A stretch of 64,000 nucleotides of DNA, taken from the NCBI RefSeq assembly GCF_006345805.1, contig NC_043000.1:28334001-28398000 (forward strand), read 5' to 3'. A program made the position numbers and the translations under genes. Positions 1-12,555 of this stretch are shown one piece after another. Position 1 is the first letter of the stretch, and each line of letters begins with the position of its first letter. Source of the DNA: Octopus sinensis (taxonomy: Eukaryota). Below the pieces are notes generated by a model, which saw only the letters and a program-made list of their open reading frames with translations, was not told the DNA's origin and did no database searches.

Positions 1-39
1 ACAGATGTATTAGTTTAACGCTCGGGAAGTGAGAGAGTA

Positions 40-74
40 TTTTACATTTCGAGCCTACGCTCTTCGACATAAAG
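40..74 (-). other. Decayed minimal hammerhead-like motif (Penelope-type repeat end)
   Basis: Minus strand reads cttt-ATGTCGAA-gagc gtag gctc-GAAAT-GTA-aaat. Stem II GAGC/GCTC is intact but the CTGANGA core is mutated. The downstream tail resembles those at 34.6 kb and 42.85 kb. Confidence 0.3.
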
Positions 75-114
75 GAACACAGAAATAAACAGGGAGAGAA
101 AATATATATGTGAT

Positions 115-424
115 TTTATTTATGCGCCCTTTTCAAGCCTAGCCAGGTTCATGGGCCCAGTTTTCCCGGTTTCTGTGAAGTATGTTTTCCCCCCAGCTGG
201 ACGGGGCGCCAGTCTATCGCAGCGTTACTCAAGAAAGAGAAAGAGTAAGAGAAAGTTAGGGCGAAAGTGTACAGCAGGGGTCGCTACCACCCCCTGCCGG
301 AGCCTCGTGGAGCTTTAGACGTTTTCGCTCAATAAACACACACAACGCCCAGTCGGAGGATCGAAACCGCGCTCCTCCGGCCGCGAGTCCGCTGCTCTAA
401 CCACCGGGTCATGGCGCCTCCACA
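115..424 (-). mobile_element. tRNA-derived SINE (family S3)
   Basis: Minus strand starts ggaggcgccatgacccggtggttagagcagcggactcgcgg (A-box-like) and has gtttcgatcc (B-box-like). Head and body are shared with the 6372-6722 copy. Confidence 0.8.
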
Positions 425-1170
425 TATATGTATGTATATATGTATATATATATATGGAATTATTAATATGATATAGGCAATATAAACCGACATATTAGGC
501 TTATCGCCATACTATATTCCAACCTAGCTTACTTTAGCCTTATACTAATTGCGATATATGTAAGTTATTAACAGACTTTAACATTCTTGTTTCATCAACA
601 ACACTAGAGTTCTTTGTATGTCATACAATATTTCATATATTCGAAAGTATTTGTCTTCAGATTTACTTCATTAGACCAATGATGGAGGTCCCCAAGTAGT
701 TGCTCTTTCTGCTTGAAATATCAGTCAAATACCTCAAACTATACCACGTTGTCTTAAAACAACAACAAAAATTATATCGAGTAATTGAGTTTTAGACGCA
801 GCATATGCCGAAAACAAAAGGCGGGATAGTCATGACGGGAATGTTTTTGATAGCAGGTGTACTCGATATCAGCCGACTTGGGGTGAAAGATTGTTTCTGA
901 TTTGTAAGATGTTAAACAGATGAGATTTCTGTCTGGTTATAAATGGACACGACTTGAGTTGCGCCTATTGCAGGCCTGTCGCAGATGTAGACGCATACAT
1001 AGAAGACAAACCCTTCTTTAACGTCCCATCGAGAACGTTTGTAGGACCAATGAATTATACCATAAATGTTTCAAGTCGTTGCTGAATTAGTGTCTTACCA
1101 TATGCAAAATAATGTGTTTTACATAATATGTAAAGTGTGGGTAAAATAATGTGTTTTACATAATATGCAA

Positions 1171-1320
1171 GTGTGGGTAAGAAGCTTGCTTCTCAAACAC
1201 ACGGTTCTGGGTTCAGTCTCACTGCATGGCATCTTGAGCAACTGTCTTCTGCTATAGCCTCGGGCCGACCAAAGCCTTGAATGGATCTTGTTGACAGAAA
1301 ATGAAAGAAGCCTGTTGTAT
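1171..1320 (+). mobile_element. SINE family S1, 5' part
   Basis: gtaagaagcttgcttc...ggttcagtctcactgcatggcatcttgagcaactgtcttctgctatagcctcgggccgaccaaagccttg matches the copies at 9.4, 51.8 and 52.3 kb; ends in (TA)n. Confidence 0.75.
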
Positions 1321-1679
1321 AATATATATATATATATATATATCAGAAATATTAAATTTCTAAATCTCTCATAGAGATGTGTACGGTGGTGCGGCGATAG
1401 AATGGTTGTATACTGTCAATCTAACGTGAACGTGATAGTACGGGGTTACACCACCGCTGTTTAGCCCTAGGAAGCATCGACGCTTTCTGATGGCTTCGAC
1501 ACATTTTTCTTGTGTCCTTATATACATTTACGAAGGGGAGACAAACACCCCCAGCAGCCAGGCCTGCATCTAGAGACACGCATGTTTCAGGATCATTGTC
1601 CATCATCGGTCTAGAGTAGCAGACGCCTGTCAGCCGAGAATAACTGTCCCGAGTTTGTCATTGTCCCTCATTACAGCAT

Positions 1680-1860
1680 GGCAATTGGTTCTGGCATGTT
1701 TACGTCCCCGTAATTTAGCGGTTCGTCAAAAAAAACAGATAGAATAAGTAGCAGAGTTAAAGAAATTATGTCTGGGGCCGATACATTCGACTAAAAATTC
1801 TTCAAGTTGGTGCCCCAGCATGGCCGCAGTCTAATGACTGAAACAAGTAGAAGAGAAAAC
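1680..1860 (+). mobile_element. SINE family S1, 3' part
   Basis: tgtttacgtccccgtaatttagcggttcg...cagcatggccgcagtctaatgactgaaacaagt matches the 3' half of the 9367-9840 copy. Confidence 0.7.
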
Positions 1861-2307
1861 AGAAAAAAAAACCCTAGATATGATCTAACAATGTTTCCTA
1901 TCTTAATACGACCCAAAATGGAGAGATAGATACATTCGACTCCCCCCTCTCATAAATGTGCGACATTGTACTTGGGTTAGGAAATGATATTTTGTGGGAG
2001 ATGTAAATCAAGATAAAGGCTCCCAGCGAAAGGGGTTCAAATACCCTGCTAAAAGGATTTGAGAAAAAAGAACCACACACTCACACTACCACTGCGGTAT
2101 GCCATTTCATTATCCCACTGAAATTATTTAATAATCTTGGCGCTTCATCAAAGATTATGTGTTAATCACGACTAGCATAGACACACACTGAGAATGAAAC
2201 GCAGTTGTAATCTCAGATCATTTAACTTGCGACCCTTTTGTAACAGGAACGAAATGGACATTACGGTTTGACTTGGAAGGGCACAAAAGACCTGATAAAT
2301 AGTGGAA

Positions 2308-2515
2308 TACGAGGGGTGCTGAAAAGTTCTTGGCTTTGAGTAAAACAAAATACAGGAAGATCAGTTATGATTTTATTCAACATATTCTCCCCTCAGATTC
2401 ACACACTCATTGCAGCGATCCTTCGGTTTTTCTAAGCCCTGTAAAAGAACACCGAAGGTTGGGTCTCCAACCAGGCCTTTCACGACACCCTGAAAACCAG
2501 GATCATTTCAGCATC
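2308..2515 (+). mobile_element. Tc1/mariner terminal fragment
   Basis: Begins TACGAGGGGTGCTGAAAAGTT, typical of a mariner TIR after a TA. No transposase or second TIR was seen. Confidence 0.5.
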
Positions 2516-2618
2516 CCTCGTACAAGTATTTATTTCACAAAAGTTTTGTATATAAATCATCTGGTACAGATGAGAAAAATAGAATCAACCCCATAACTTA
2601 GGTTATTTTAGCCATCCT

Positions 2619-3049
2619 TCAAGGAAGGTCGTTTCTGTTGCGTTTGAATGGGACTTTATCCACATTTTTCCTCAAAGAGGAACGGGTTGCGCCTTTGACT
2701 TTTTTCAGGGCCTCTGGAACTGATGTAAGGAAAGGATAAACTTTTACTCAGACTTAAGCCTAATTTTAATGCTTGCAATAGAAAGATTTCCGCTAAAATC
2801 ACGCAAGGGAAGATGGCACCGCTAAACGTGGTGACGGATTAAAGGAAGTGTTGTTCCACCAACTAGAAGCATAGTTTCTAAAGGTTTCCCCAAAGTTCTC
2901 TTTACCAAATTGTGTTCACAAAGCTTTGTTCCATTTGGGACTAAATGTGGTATAATCATCTTGACCAAAACTCCGAGCACTAACATAGAACCATAGACCA
3001 AGTACTTACAAAGGTATCGTTTTAACTGCAGAAATCTTTTTGTGCCCAT
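2619..3049 (-). CDS. Speculative two-exon small ORF, 46 aa and basic (exons 3049-3010 and 2719-2619)
   Basis: ATG...CCTTT|GTAAGT donor and tttatcctttccttacatCAG|TT acceptor splice in frame to MGTKRFLQLKRYLFPEALKKVKGATRSSLRKNVDKVPFKRNRNDLP*. No homology recognised. Confidence 0.2.
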
Positions 3050-3189
3050 TTTTGGTAGAGAAATAAGTGAAATAACAATAACGAGATTGAAACCCGATCT
3101 CTATTCGTATTTCTTCAACGTTTATTTCATTCCAAAATGCTTTACATCTAAACTTCTTCTTTCGTACTAAATTTGAATAGTATATCTAT

Positions 3190-3420
3190 TTCTTTACTAC
3201 CCACAAGGGGCTAAACACATAGGGGACAAACAAGGATAGACGAAAGGATGAAGTCGATTACATCGACCCCAGTACGTAACTGGTGCTTAATTTATCGACC
3301 CCGAAATGATGAAAGGTAAAGTCGACCTCGGCGGAATTTGAACTCAGAACGTAACGGCAGCCAAAATACCGTTAAGCATTTTGCCCGACGTGCTAACGAT
3401 TCTGCTTGCTCACCGCCTTA
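3190..3420 (-). mobile_element. SINE family S2
   Basis: Reverse complement of the ggcgagc...gttctgagttcaaattccgccgaggtcgact...gtcgatgtaatcgac...tgtgggtagtaaagaaata consensus seen at 13914. Confidence 0.8.
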
Positions 3421-4329
3421 AATTTCAATAGTATACCACTGATATATTATCTGCTGTTCCTATCACAAAAAATAATAGTGATACAAATTTGATGTTTTTA
3501 TATTCATTCGTTTTCGAAAGCCCTCGTTACTTGGCAGGAATTTCTCCGTTTCAGCTATGAAGCGAACCAGCGTTGCAGTTTTGTGAAGCAAATGTTTCCG
3601 CGTACAAAGTGTGACATAACTTTCAGTAATATATTTTCCTTGTGATTAATCATGGTCTCGATAAGTTTATTGCCAAGGTTAAGGCAATGCCGATATGGTA
3701 AACATGTCTCTTTTAGAATTATACAAATGCAATCTTGCAGTTTATCAATGCACGGAACAATTTCGATGACAACTACGATTGTTCAAGAACACTGCTAGTT
3801 CTACTGCAACTCAAGACCATTTAACGCTAAGTGAAGTGTAGAATTTCACTTCTCTTATTACTTGAAATGCGACAGGAAGAAATTTTACTAAATGAATCGC
3901 AATTTCAACAAGAATTTCACAACAAGTATTGAAGTATTTGAGAAATCGCTATAACTTAATGGATGAAGTATCTAGTTTTATGCATTAACGAGGATTGAGA
4001 TACCTTGCGCGATGTGTGATCGTTCCCAGGTACTACTATTGTGTTAAATACAAAATTCTTCCTACTCTGCTACTACAATGACACCTAAAGCAATTCATCT
4101 ATGAGGGAAAACTGCTTCTTAGTGGAAAGCCAAAGTAACTAAAAAAATCCATTATTCTATCCTACCCAACCAAAAAGTATACCATATATCATGGCATGCA
4201 AGACACCTTTTTTTTTAACAAAAATGACTTAAATATTCAGCTCAGGTTTTATATGTGTATTTGATTCTTTTTGACATGCTTTGCTGCTTTTAAAGATTCT
4301 CTTTTCCAGTATGCACTGCTGATATTGGG

Positions 4330-4975
4330 GAACGCATCTAATACGCCCGTGCGTTTTTATGCCATCACATGTCTTGCAAACAACTTGAACATGCAATTGC
4401 TACCAGTCGAGAACTCCGCAAACCGGAAGCCAGCAAGTGTATGGGGTCATCAGGAGAGAATGCGCGCCATTTCGGGGCCTACCTCCAGACTGCATCAATG
4501 CGCACCGCCCCCCGCCTCACTGATATAAGGCCCCGGTTGCTAGATCAGCGGGTTATTAAATAAATCTCACTATTTCTCTAGCCATTGCTCATCCTCTCTT
4601 TTTAAATAAATCCAGTGGCTAGCCTTCTCCACTGTAGTTTGGATATCGGTCACGGTGGTATTGACTTTACGATGAGTTAGGCCTAACGATAACAACAGTA
4701 GTCTTACACTGTTTCCAACAAACCATTTACATCCAACTTCGATTGGAAAATGCTCCGCTTGCCAGTCTGCGTCTTCACATTCCTCGCAGAGGTTCACATA
4801 ACGGTCAATCTTTCGAGCCCGAGCGGTGTCCATGTTATCTTCATGAGGAACCGTTAACTCGACTAGATTTACAACATTCCTTCTTTCACACCACATCAAA
4901 ATGGCCGGTTTTTTTTTTACATAACTGGAATGGGAAAGAATCCCTGGCACCCAGGTAAATCTGCAGTCCACTCGC
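4330..4975 (-). mobile_element. HERO-clade non-LTR retrotransposon 3' remnant (restriction-like endonuclease C-terminus plus 3' UTR)
   Basis: ORF 4570-4983 has the motifs ILMW..RNVVNLVELTVPHEDNM..ARARKIDRY..L.EEC...WQAEHFPIEVGC, as recalled for the RLE domain of HERO elements. It is followed by a GC-richer UTR. Confidence 0.7.
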
Positions 4976-5749
4976 CGTTCCACATTTTATCTCTCACAGG
5001 AAGTTTCTTGTTCTTCTTCTTGAAACGGATCTGCTGTTAGCATTCTGTGTTGTGAGTATAGCTTCTATAATTAATTGCCTGTTTATGTTGCGAAGTCTGT
5101 GGAGCCTAGTTTTTACCTACGAATATTTTACTGCAGAGTATTTTTCATTACAAAACACGAAAAGAGAGAGACAAATGTTTGTAGACGATACATCTATATT
5201 CTACAGAATTTCCCACCAGAACTGGCAATATTTGTAACATAGCTAAAGAACAGATATTATAGACTTATTACGAACAAAATTAACCTCATGGGTGACTTAC
5301 ATATCTAGCAATCGAAATATCGGGGCAATGGCATTGCTAATCATAGTGACCCAAGCAACTATAAAATGGCAGCAGCACGTTTCAACATCAATTTGTCATA
5401 ATAATCATCAAAGGGGTTAGGAACGTCGGATGAGGATTTAGTGTCTTTAATGTTCCAAATAAGCTATAAGAATCGAATACGGAAATGAGACCTTATATGA
5501 AAGAGTCGTGTTTTCAATGCATGTGCACGCCTGTGTTTGTACCACGGGCTTCGACAGAGTTAGAGGCAACCAAATTCACTCGAGAGATTTGTTGATGTCC
5601 CGCAGGAGTAATGGACCCCACACTAGACAATTCTGAAGCGAACTTCTTAACCAATCATCCATACATAACTGCATATCAATATATATATTTCAAAATTTAA
5701 CTAAGAAATATGAATAATAGGGGAAATCGGTATATTCAATCATTAGAAG

Positions 5750-7270
5750 CCATAGTTTATTCAGGCTTTCCATCTTCAGCCGCTAGAAGTATTTCTTTGG
5801 GCAACCTCCCGCAGTCTGCACGAATCATGCAGAGGTAAGTCGTTCTTGGTCGTTTCTTCTTGCGCTTTCTTCCATGTAGAGTGTTAAGCAGGGGCACTGC
5901 TGGTAGCATACACTGGGTGGATATTGCAGTTGGTGACCAATCCATCTCAGCCGATATTCCTTTGTCCTTGTGTTTATTTGATTTTCATCAGCCATTTGGT
6001 ACAATGTAGCGTTGGAATATCACGAAACCTGATATATTTTTCCCAGGTTTCTTGAGTGAAAAGTGTTCAACATGGCCCTTTGCCAGTTCATATTTGTTAC
6101 CCATTTCTCGCATCCATATGTAAAAATCAGAAGACATTGAGTTTTATACATCTTTATCTTCGTTGTTGCGTTGACGTCGGACGAACAGAAGCAATGAAGC
6201 TGCAGCATTGCTCCACATGCTGCTCTCCGCCTGTCTATGATGCCATTGTTTCACTTGTGAAAGACGTCAGTTACTGTCAATCCAATGTAAGCGAATTTAT
6301 TAACCCTGGATAACTGCTTTCGATTTGCCAAAACACCTGTTGGTTCGTTTGTGTTTATAGTAATGAGGAGGTGGAGGCGCAATAGCCAAGTGGTTAGGGC
6401 AGCGGACTAGCGGTCGTAGGATCGCAGTTTTGATTCCCAAACCGGGCATTGCGAGTGTTTATTGAGCAAAAACACCTAAAGCTCCACGAAACCCCGGCGG
6501 TGGGTGGTGGCAAACCCTGCAGCACTCTTTCACCACAACTTTTTCTTCCTGTTTCTTTTGTATCTATATTTCAAAGGGCCAGCATTGTCCCACTCTGTGT
6601 CACGCTGGTAAGGGTAAACGTGTCTGCGAAGTGCTCAGCCACTTGCACATTAATATCACGAACAGGCTGTTCCGTTGATCGGATCACCTGAAACCCACGT
6701 CGTCGCAACCGACGGAATGCCACGATATTAATGATGATATATTCTCGCTTCGATTCGTTTATTTCTAGCCCCACAGATTTTGCTTCTTGCATGATACGAT
6801 CCAAGTAGTCCTGTGCTTCTATGATGCTAGGAGCAAAGAGGACATCTTCTGCAAATGCAAGATGGGCCAACTTAAATTATTCTGATATGCGAATTCCACC
6901 CTCGATGGGTTGCAGCTTCCAACACATGATCCATAACCACGAAAAATAAGTAAGGTGCCAATGTATCACCTGGCATAATTCCACTCTCAGATGTGAAGCA
7001 AGGAGACTGTTTTCCATTAACAAAGTCATATGCTGTTTGGTGTTCATAAAGACATCTAACTGCCGATATCATATTCGATAGTATTCCCTGCCCTTTCAAG
7101 AATCATAAACATATCGGTTCTGTTGTCGCTGTCGAATGCTTTTTAAAAGTCTATAAACAGCGCAACTCTTCAACAATCGCGAGGCACCATTCAGAGTCGG
7201 TCTCTAGTACATTCTTCAATGCGTGAATTTGTTCAGTGCAATTACGATTCTTTCTAAAGCACTCTGGTGG
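5750..7270 (-). mobile_element. Degenerate RTE-clade LINE (RT and C-terminus), interrupted by a SINE
   Basis: Fragments CFRKNRNCTEQIHALKNVLE, GIMPGDTLAPYLFFVVMDHVL, HLAFAEDV..EAQDYL..AKSVGLEINESK, TKIKMYKT..TYGCEKW and HGRKRKKKRPRTTY..ADCG are in RTE order, with stops and frameshifts. Confidence 0.75.
6372..6722 (+). mobile_element. tRNA-derived SINE (S3 head with an alternative 3' tail) nested in the RTE remnant
   Basis: ggaggcgcaatagccaagtggttagggcagcggactagcgg...tttgattccc head. The tail aaagggccagc...gtcgcaaccgacgga is shared with the 61625-61950 element. Confidence 0.8.
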
Positions 7271-7272
7271 GG

Positions 7273-7350
7273 TTGCCATGATGGGTATATTGAATTTCGT
7301 ATATTTGAACCCCTGTGTCACTTTGATGGCATGGTCTTCTCTCTCACTCA
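7273..7350 (+). mobile_element. Terminal fragment of the TAA-associated non-coding element X
   Basis: catgatgggtatattgaatttcgtatattt..tgtcactttgatggcatgg..ctctcactc followed by (AAT)n; reverse complement of the left end of the copies at 21072, 27570 and 28192. Confidence 0.7.
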
Positions 7351-7403
<53 letters not shown>

Positions 7404-7460
7404 AATATTAATAATAATGATAATAATAATAATAATAATAATAATAATAGTAATAGTTTC
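7350..7460. repeat. (AAT)n/(ATT)n microsatellite
   Basis: Seen directly. Confidence 0.95.
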
Positions 7461-8929
7461 AAAATTTGCCACAAGAGCAGCAAACTTTTTTCTCAAATAT
7501 GTTCAATATTTTACGATCTTTGCTAATGACAAGGATTTGAAATTTTCCAAATACAGTTTTGTTTGTGCAGTCACATCATGCAACGATTAATATTCCACTG
7601 CTTGGACAATGATATTCCTCAAATTGTCTCGCCTCAAGCCCTACATATGTGAGTAACGAGACTTCTAGATGTGGGCCCTGATAGAAGAGAGCAAAGCAAC
7701 ATGTAGCAGAGTCGCTAAGCAGTGGCTCACCATTAGGTCTATGTTTGTGTGCCAAGAAGAAGAAATTGCATACCCAAGAGTTCGTATCCATATTAAATCG
7801 ATTATAACTGTGAAATCATTTAATCTTAGCTGTAGGTTTAAAGGGAAGATTTATTCACTATCAAATAAACGTATTAAGTCTATACCAAACAGACTTCAGT
7901 AAATTTACATCATTTAATAAATTGATACTTCTAGACGTGAAGAAAAGCTGCAAAATGGATAACAATATAAGGTGTTCTAAATATATGCAATCTTCGTCAT
8001 TTCTAGTGTATATAAAATAATGTGTTATACCTCTATAACTCCAAAGAGAAAAGTCTAGAGATAAAAGGAATTGTCTGCTTCAGTAGTCAAATATATTACA
8101 CTTGAACTACATTAAAATGTTCTCTATCAGTTCTTGAATATCTCTGTTTATTCTTACATTGCTCTAGCAGACGAAAGATCTGCTGCCTTTGTTAAATACA
8201 GACGTCTATACGATTTATTGATTTAATTTTTTTTTTTCAATAAATTAACTTGATTTTTCAATAAATTATGTAGACATCTTTATTATTGATTAGATTAAGT
8301 TAATAGCGAAGTAATTCAAACAGAAGTTAGGAAAACTCTTTATTTTCAATAGTCGTCCTTTCGGTTATCTGAAGTTTATAATATTTGCTTAAAAAGAAAA
8401 CGACAGCTGCTTCAGACGAAACATAGAAGTAATAATGCCGTTGAATTCTTTTGAAGTTATCATTAGAGAACTATTCTAAAATATTACAAATCTGATGGAG
8501 CTTCACGAAAAACCTGAAATTGTGCAAAATCAATGATAAATGGTTGATTAGCACTGAGACGGAAGAAAAACAAGTAAAATATCAAATAAGTGCCATTCCA
8601 ATAATCCTTGTCGCACCTATCTCAACAATATTCAAAGAATTTATTTCATAGCAGTTCGCTCACGTTGTATTGATTTTAAGACAATTATTATTATGTACTG
8701 TAGGTTCGAATCTAATTTGATTTTCCTACCGAACTAAAATATCTATTCTTCGTGAAAAATCAACCATTCGCTTAATATTGTTGGATAATTACTACATTTA
8801 ATCAATAATCGGAAACATTTATTTATTTCAAGATTGAGAAATTCGTTTATTTCCCCGACAGTTACAAGGCAATTAGACTTTCGTCTGCAGAGCTTGAAAA
8901 CTGTTTACGAATATTATTACAGTTTACAG

Positions 8930-9350
8930 TGCGACCAGCAGGTAGAGTAGTTACCGAGCCGAACAGAAGGCTGCTAAGCATTTTATCCGTTTTTACATTC
9001 TGAGTTCAAATTTCCGCCGTGGTCGACTCTGCCTTTCAGTTTTTCGGGGTCGATAAAATAAGTATGAATTGAACACTGTGGTGGACAGCCCTTTCCCACA
9101 AAATGGGGCCGTGGATATAGAGAATGATTATATTTTACAGTGCGGCCAGCTGTCAGAATCGTTATGGTGTCGGACTAAATGCTTAGTAGCATTTCATCCG
9201 TCTTTACGTTCTGAGATGAAAAGCTACTTGGGTCGAATTTGTATTTCAGAATCGACAAGATGAGTAGCAGTTGAGCACTGAGGTCGATGAAATCGACATC
9301 AACACCCCTTAAAATTCCTGGCCTCGTGTCTAGGGTAGAAAACATTATTA
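8930..9350 (+). mobile_element. Two decayed S2 SINE copies
   Basis: Two occurrences of cgtttttacattctgagttcaaatttccgccgtggtcgac-like B-box and core segments. Confidence 0.6.
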
Positions 9351-9366
9351 CATTTTACCACTACGT

Positions 9367-9532
9367 AGGCGTAGGAGTGACTGTGTGGTAAGTAGCGCTT
9401 GCTTACGAACCACATGGTTACGGGTTCAGTCACACTGCGTGGCAACTTGGGCAAGTGTCTTCTACTATAGCCTCGGGTCGACCAAAGCCTTGTGAGTGGA
9501 TTTGGTAGACGGAAACTGAAAGAAGCCTGTCG

Positions 9533-9563
<31 letters not shown>

Positions 9564-9840
9564 ATGTATGTATGTATGTATGTATGTATGTATGTATGTA
9601 CATATGTGTGTATGTGTGTGGATATGTTTCTGTATCTGTGTTTGACCCCCAACATCGCTTGACAACCGATGCTGATGTGTTTACGTCCCCGTAACTTAGC
9701 GGTTCGGCAAAAGAGAGCGATAAAATAAGTACTAGGCTTACAAAGAATAAGTCCTGGGGTCGATTTGCTCGACTAAAGGTAGTGCTCCAGCATGGCCACA
9801 GTCAAATGACTGAAACAAGTAAAAGGGTAAAGGGAGTAAG
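9367..9840 (+). mobile_element. Full bipartite S1 SINE with an internal (TA)/(TATG) microsatellite
   Basis: Head ctgtgtggtaagtagcgcttgc..ggttcagtcacactgcgtggcaacttgggcaagtg, internal microsatellite at 9533-9620, tail ...gtcaaatgactgaaacaagtaaaag. Confidence 0.85.
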
Positions 9841-10039
9841 TAAATACTGCTTATTTTTTGTAGGACGATGAAGGAAACTGAATTCCTTCAAAAAAAATTC
9901 ACCACTAAAATGTTTGAATTTGGAGTTTAGAGAGCAGTATTAAATATAACATTTAAAGGATTTATTTAACTAGTAGACACGCCATGCAGAACACAAAAGC
10001 CTATAATTTCAAAATGAGGATGCTGGCCATTTACGTTGA

Positions 10040-10272
10040 CCCTAGCATTTGATTGGTACTTCTGCTCGAGATCAGAGAAGCAGATATCGTCAGCCACTAT
10101 GCGACTTGCTCAACTAGTGAAGGTCAAACAATCCACAACCAAATCTGCGATATTGAGCAGAATATTTGCTGTAGCCCATGTTTTACACCAAAACAAAACA
10201 ATTTACCTGATAAAACTTCCAATCATTTAACATCAAAAGCGACGCGAGCCACTGCCTGGTACTGTATCAGGA
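10040..10272 (-). mobile_element. Older partial copy of element X
   Basis: tacttctgctcgagatcagag...gagccactgcctggtactgtatcagg aligns with the right half of 27570-28124; an (ATT)n array follows. Confidence 0.7.
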
Positions 10273-10286
10273 CATGTCTGTTACCT

Positions 10287-10470
<184 letters not shown>

Positions 10471-11100
10471 GCCTTTGCAGAGATACTACGGTGTCAGCTG
10501 TTCACTACCAGTGAACTAAGGTAACACCTCATTTTTCGAGCACCATCCGGAGTATTCGAGCGGTTCTAAACAGTGCTGTTTTTCTGTTAGTGCTCCACCC
10601 TTATTGCAGCCCCTATTTATTTCATGTACTTCTCAAGATTATTACACACTGTTCCCAGGGCTCTGTTAATTATGGTTACTACTACTACCTTTTTCAGCGA
10701 CCACAACTGCTTAACCTCCCCAGCTAACCTATCACTTTTCTTTCTTCCTTATAGCATACCGTCCGTTTAATTTCGACTTAAGTATCAGTATCAGTCTGCG
10801 TAAGTATTCCACCTTAAATATTTCTATCATTTCTTTCTCCATCAGTTTATCCATTTCTAGTATCCTCAAGTACTTATAGCCCGTCTCTTTTATCTACTTC
10901 ATAAATTCCCCCGACAGTATCGTTAGCCCGTCCATACATTTCACTTTGCCTCTCTTCAAGTCTAACACACCAAACTTTTTCAGTCCGTGCTCCATTCTGA
11001 TATCAGCACTGAAAGTATACACCGTATCAAGGAGGGAACTGACTTGGGATTCATCTTTACCATAAAGTTTGAGGTCATCTATAACCAACAAGTGGTTGAC
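10471..11100 (-). mobile_element. R4/Dong-clade fragment (subfamily C), 5'-truncated and internally deleted
   Basis: VNHLLVIDDLKLYGK (RT) and GYKYLRILE..KSKLNGR are joined directly to the RLE C-terminus QKTALFRTARILRMVLEK*. The 3' end runs into (TAA)n. Confidence 0.8.
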
Positions 11101-11117
11101 TTTTTGTTAGCGTTTTT

Positions 11118-11127
<10 letters not shown>

Positions 11128-11184
<57 letters not shown>

Positions 11185-11195
11185 CAATAATAATA

Positions 11196-11276
<81 letters not shown>

Positions 11277-11347
11277 TAATAATAATAATAATAATAATTA
11301 TCACTATTATTATTATTATTATTATTATTATTTTATTATTATTATTA

Positions 11348-11389
<42 letters not shown>

Positions 11390-11420
11390 CATTATTATTA
11401 TTATTATTATTATTATTGCT
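11128..11420. repeat. (AAT)n followed by (ATT)n: a self-complementary microsatellite pair
   Basis: About 160 bp of (AAT)n, then about 120 bp of (ATT)n. Confidence 0.95.
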
Positions 11421-11880
11421 TAAGGCAGTGAGCCAACAGGATTGTTAGCACTGGATAACGTGCTTAGCGGCATTTCGTCCGTCTTTACGTTCTGAGTTCA
11501 AATTCCGACGAAGTCGGCTTTGCCTTTCATCCTTTCTAAGTCGATAAATCAAGTGCCAGTTGAGTACTGTGGTAGACGTATTCGACACATCCCTCTACCC
11601 CGAAATTGCAGGCCTTGTGCCAAAATTTGAAACTGGTATTCTTGTTGTTGTTATTGTTAAGGCGGCGAGCGATCAGAATCGTTCCCGCGCCGGAAAAATT
11701 GCTTCGCAGCATTTCCTCCAGTTTTACGTTCTGTATTCAAATGCCGCCGAGGTGAAATTAGCCTCTTATCCTTTTAAGGTTGATAAAATAAGTACCAGTC
11801 GCATATTGGGCTCAACGTAGACAAACTGGCACCCTTTCACAAAAGTTCAGGCCTTGTGCCTATCGCAGAAAGTTTTGTTA
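11420..11880 (+). mobile_element. Two S2-type SINE copies
   Basis: aggcagtgagc..gttctgagttcaaattcc and aggcggcgagc..gttctgtattcaaatgccgccgagg. Confidence 0.7.
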
Positions 11881-12218
11881 TTATTAATATTATGTATACT
11901 AATAAAAGAAACGCCATTTTATTCTTTGGATCTTTATCGAAAAAAATAATCTTTTTACCGTGGTTCAACAGAGAAATGTTGAAATTGACCCAAGTATTGT
12001 AGACGGATATGGGTGTTGGAAACAAGTGAGCAACGCTAGCTTCAGGAAATTAACTTCTTCATTAAATAAATGTAATTCACAACTACACGAAAACCCATTG
12101 TCGCTACTCATAAATCAACAAATACGTAAATACTCTAAGTACAGAGGTTGTGCCTGTGCATTGCTAATAACTTACTAAGCCACCACTACCTTCCGTGAAG
12201 CAAAGAAATATAATGAAA

Positions 12219-12555
12219 TCAAGAGCACTCAGAAAGCGGAAACCTCCGCCAAAGCAACACAAACGTCCTCTCAACGAATAGCCGTAGATGATTTTTAAAA
12301 TGAGAATATCTTAAATGAACCCGACCGCTCTTTAAAAATAAGGAAAAAAGAAAACAGGAAAAATTAACCAGAATCCTTGTCCGGTACCAGATGGATCCCA
12401 AAATCTAATCAATTCGTACCAGTCATACGGCCAAATATCCCTAAAAGATTTATCCGAATCCATCCAACGGTTCTTGTGATATCTTGTCCACGGACAAACA
12501 AACGAACAAACGCGACTGAAAACAATACCCCTGCCTTCACTAAGGCGAAGGTATT
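12219..12555. mobile_element. Non-autonomous element with subterminal inverted repeats (possibly Helentron/DINE-like)
   Basis: aagagcactcagaaagcggaaACCTCCGCCaa near the left end and ccttcactaaGGCGAAGGTa near the right end are imperfect inverted copies; no ORF. The class is inferred. Confidence 0.4.

Noticed and set aside
4440-4490. CTGATGA and CGAAA in the HERO 3' UTR as a hammerhead
   Set aside because: Stem II strands (cccc/cccc) are not complementary and there is no room for stem I.
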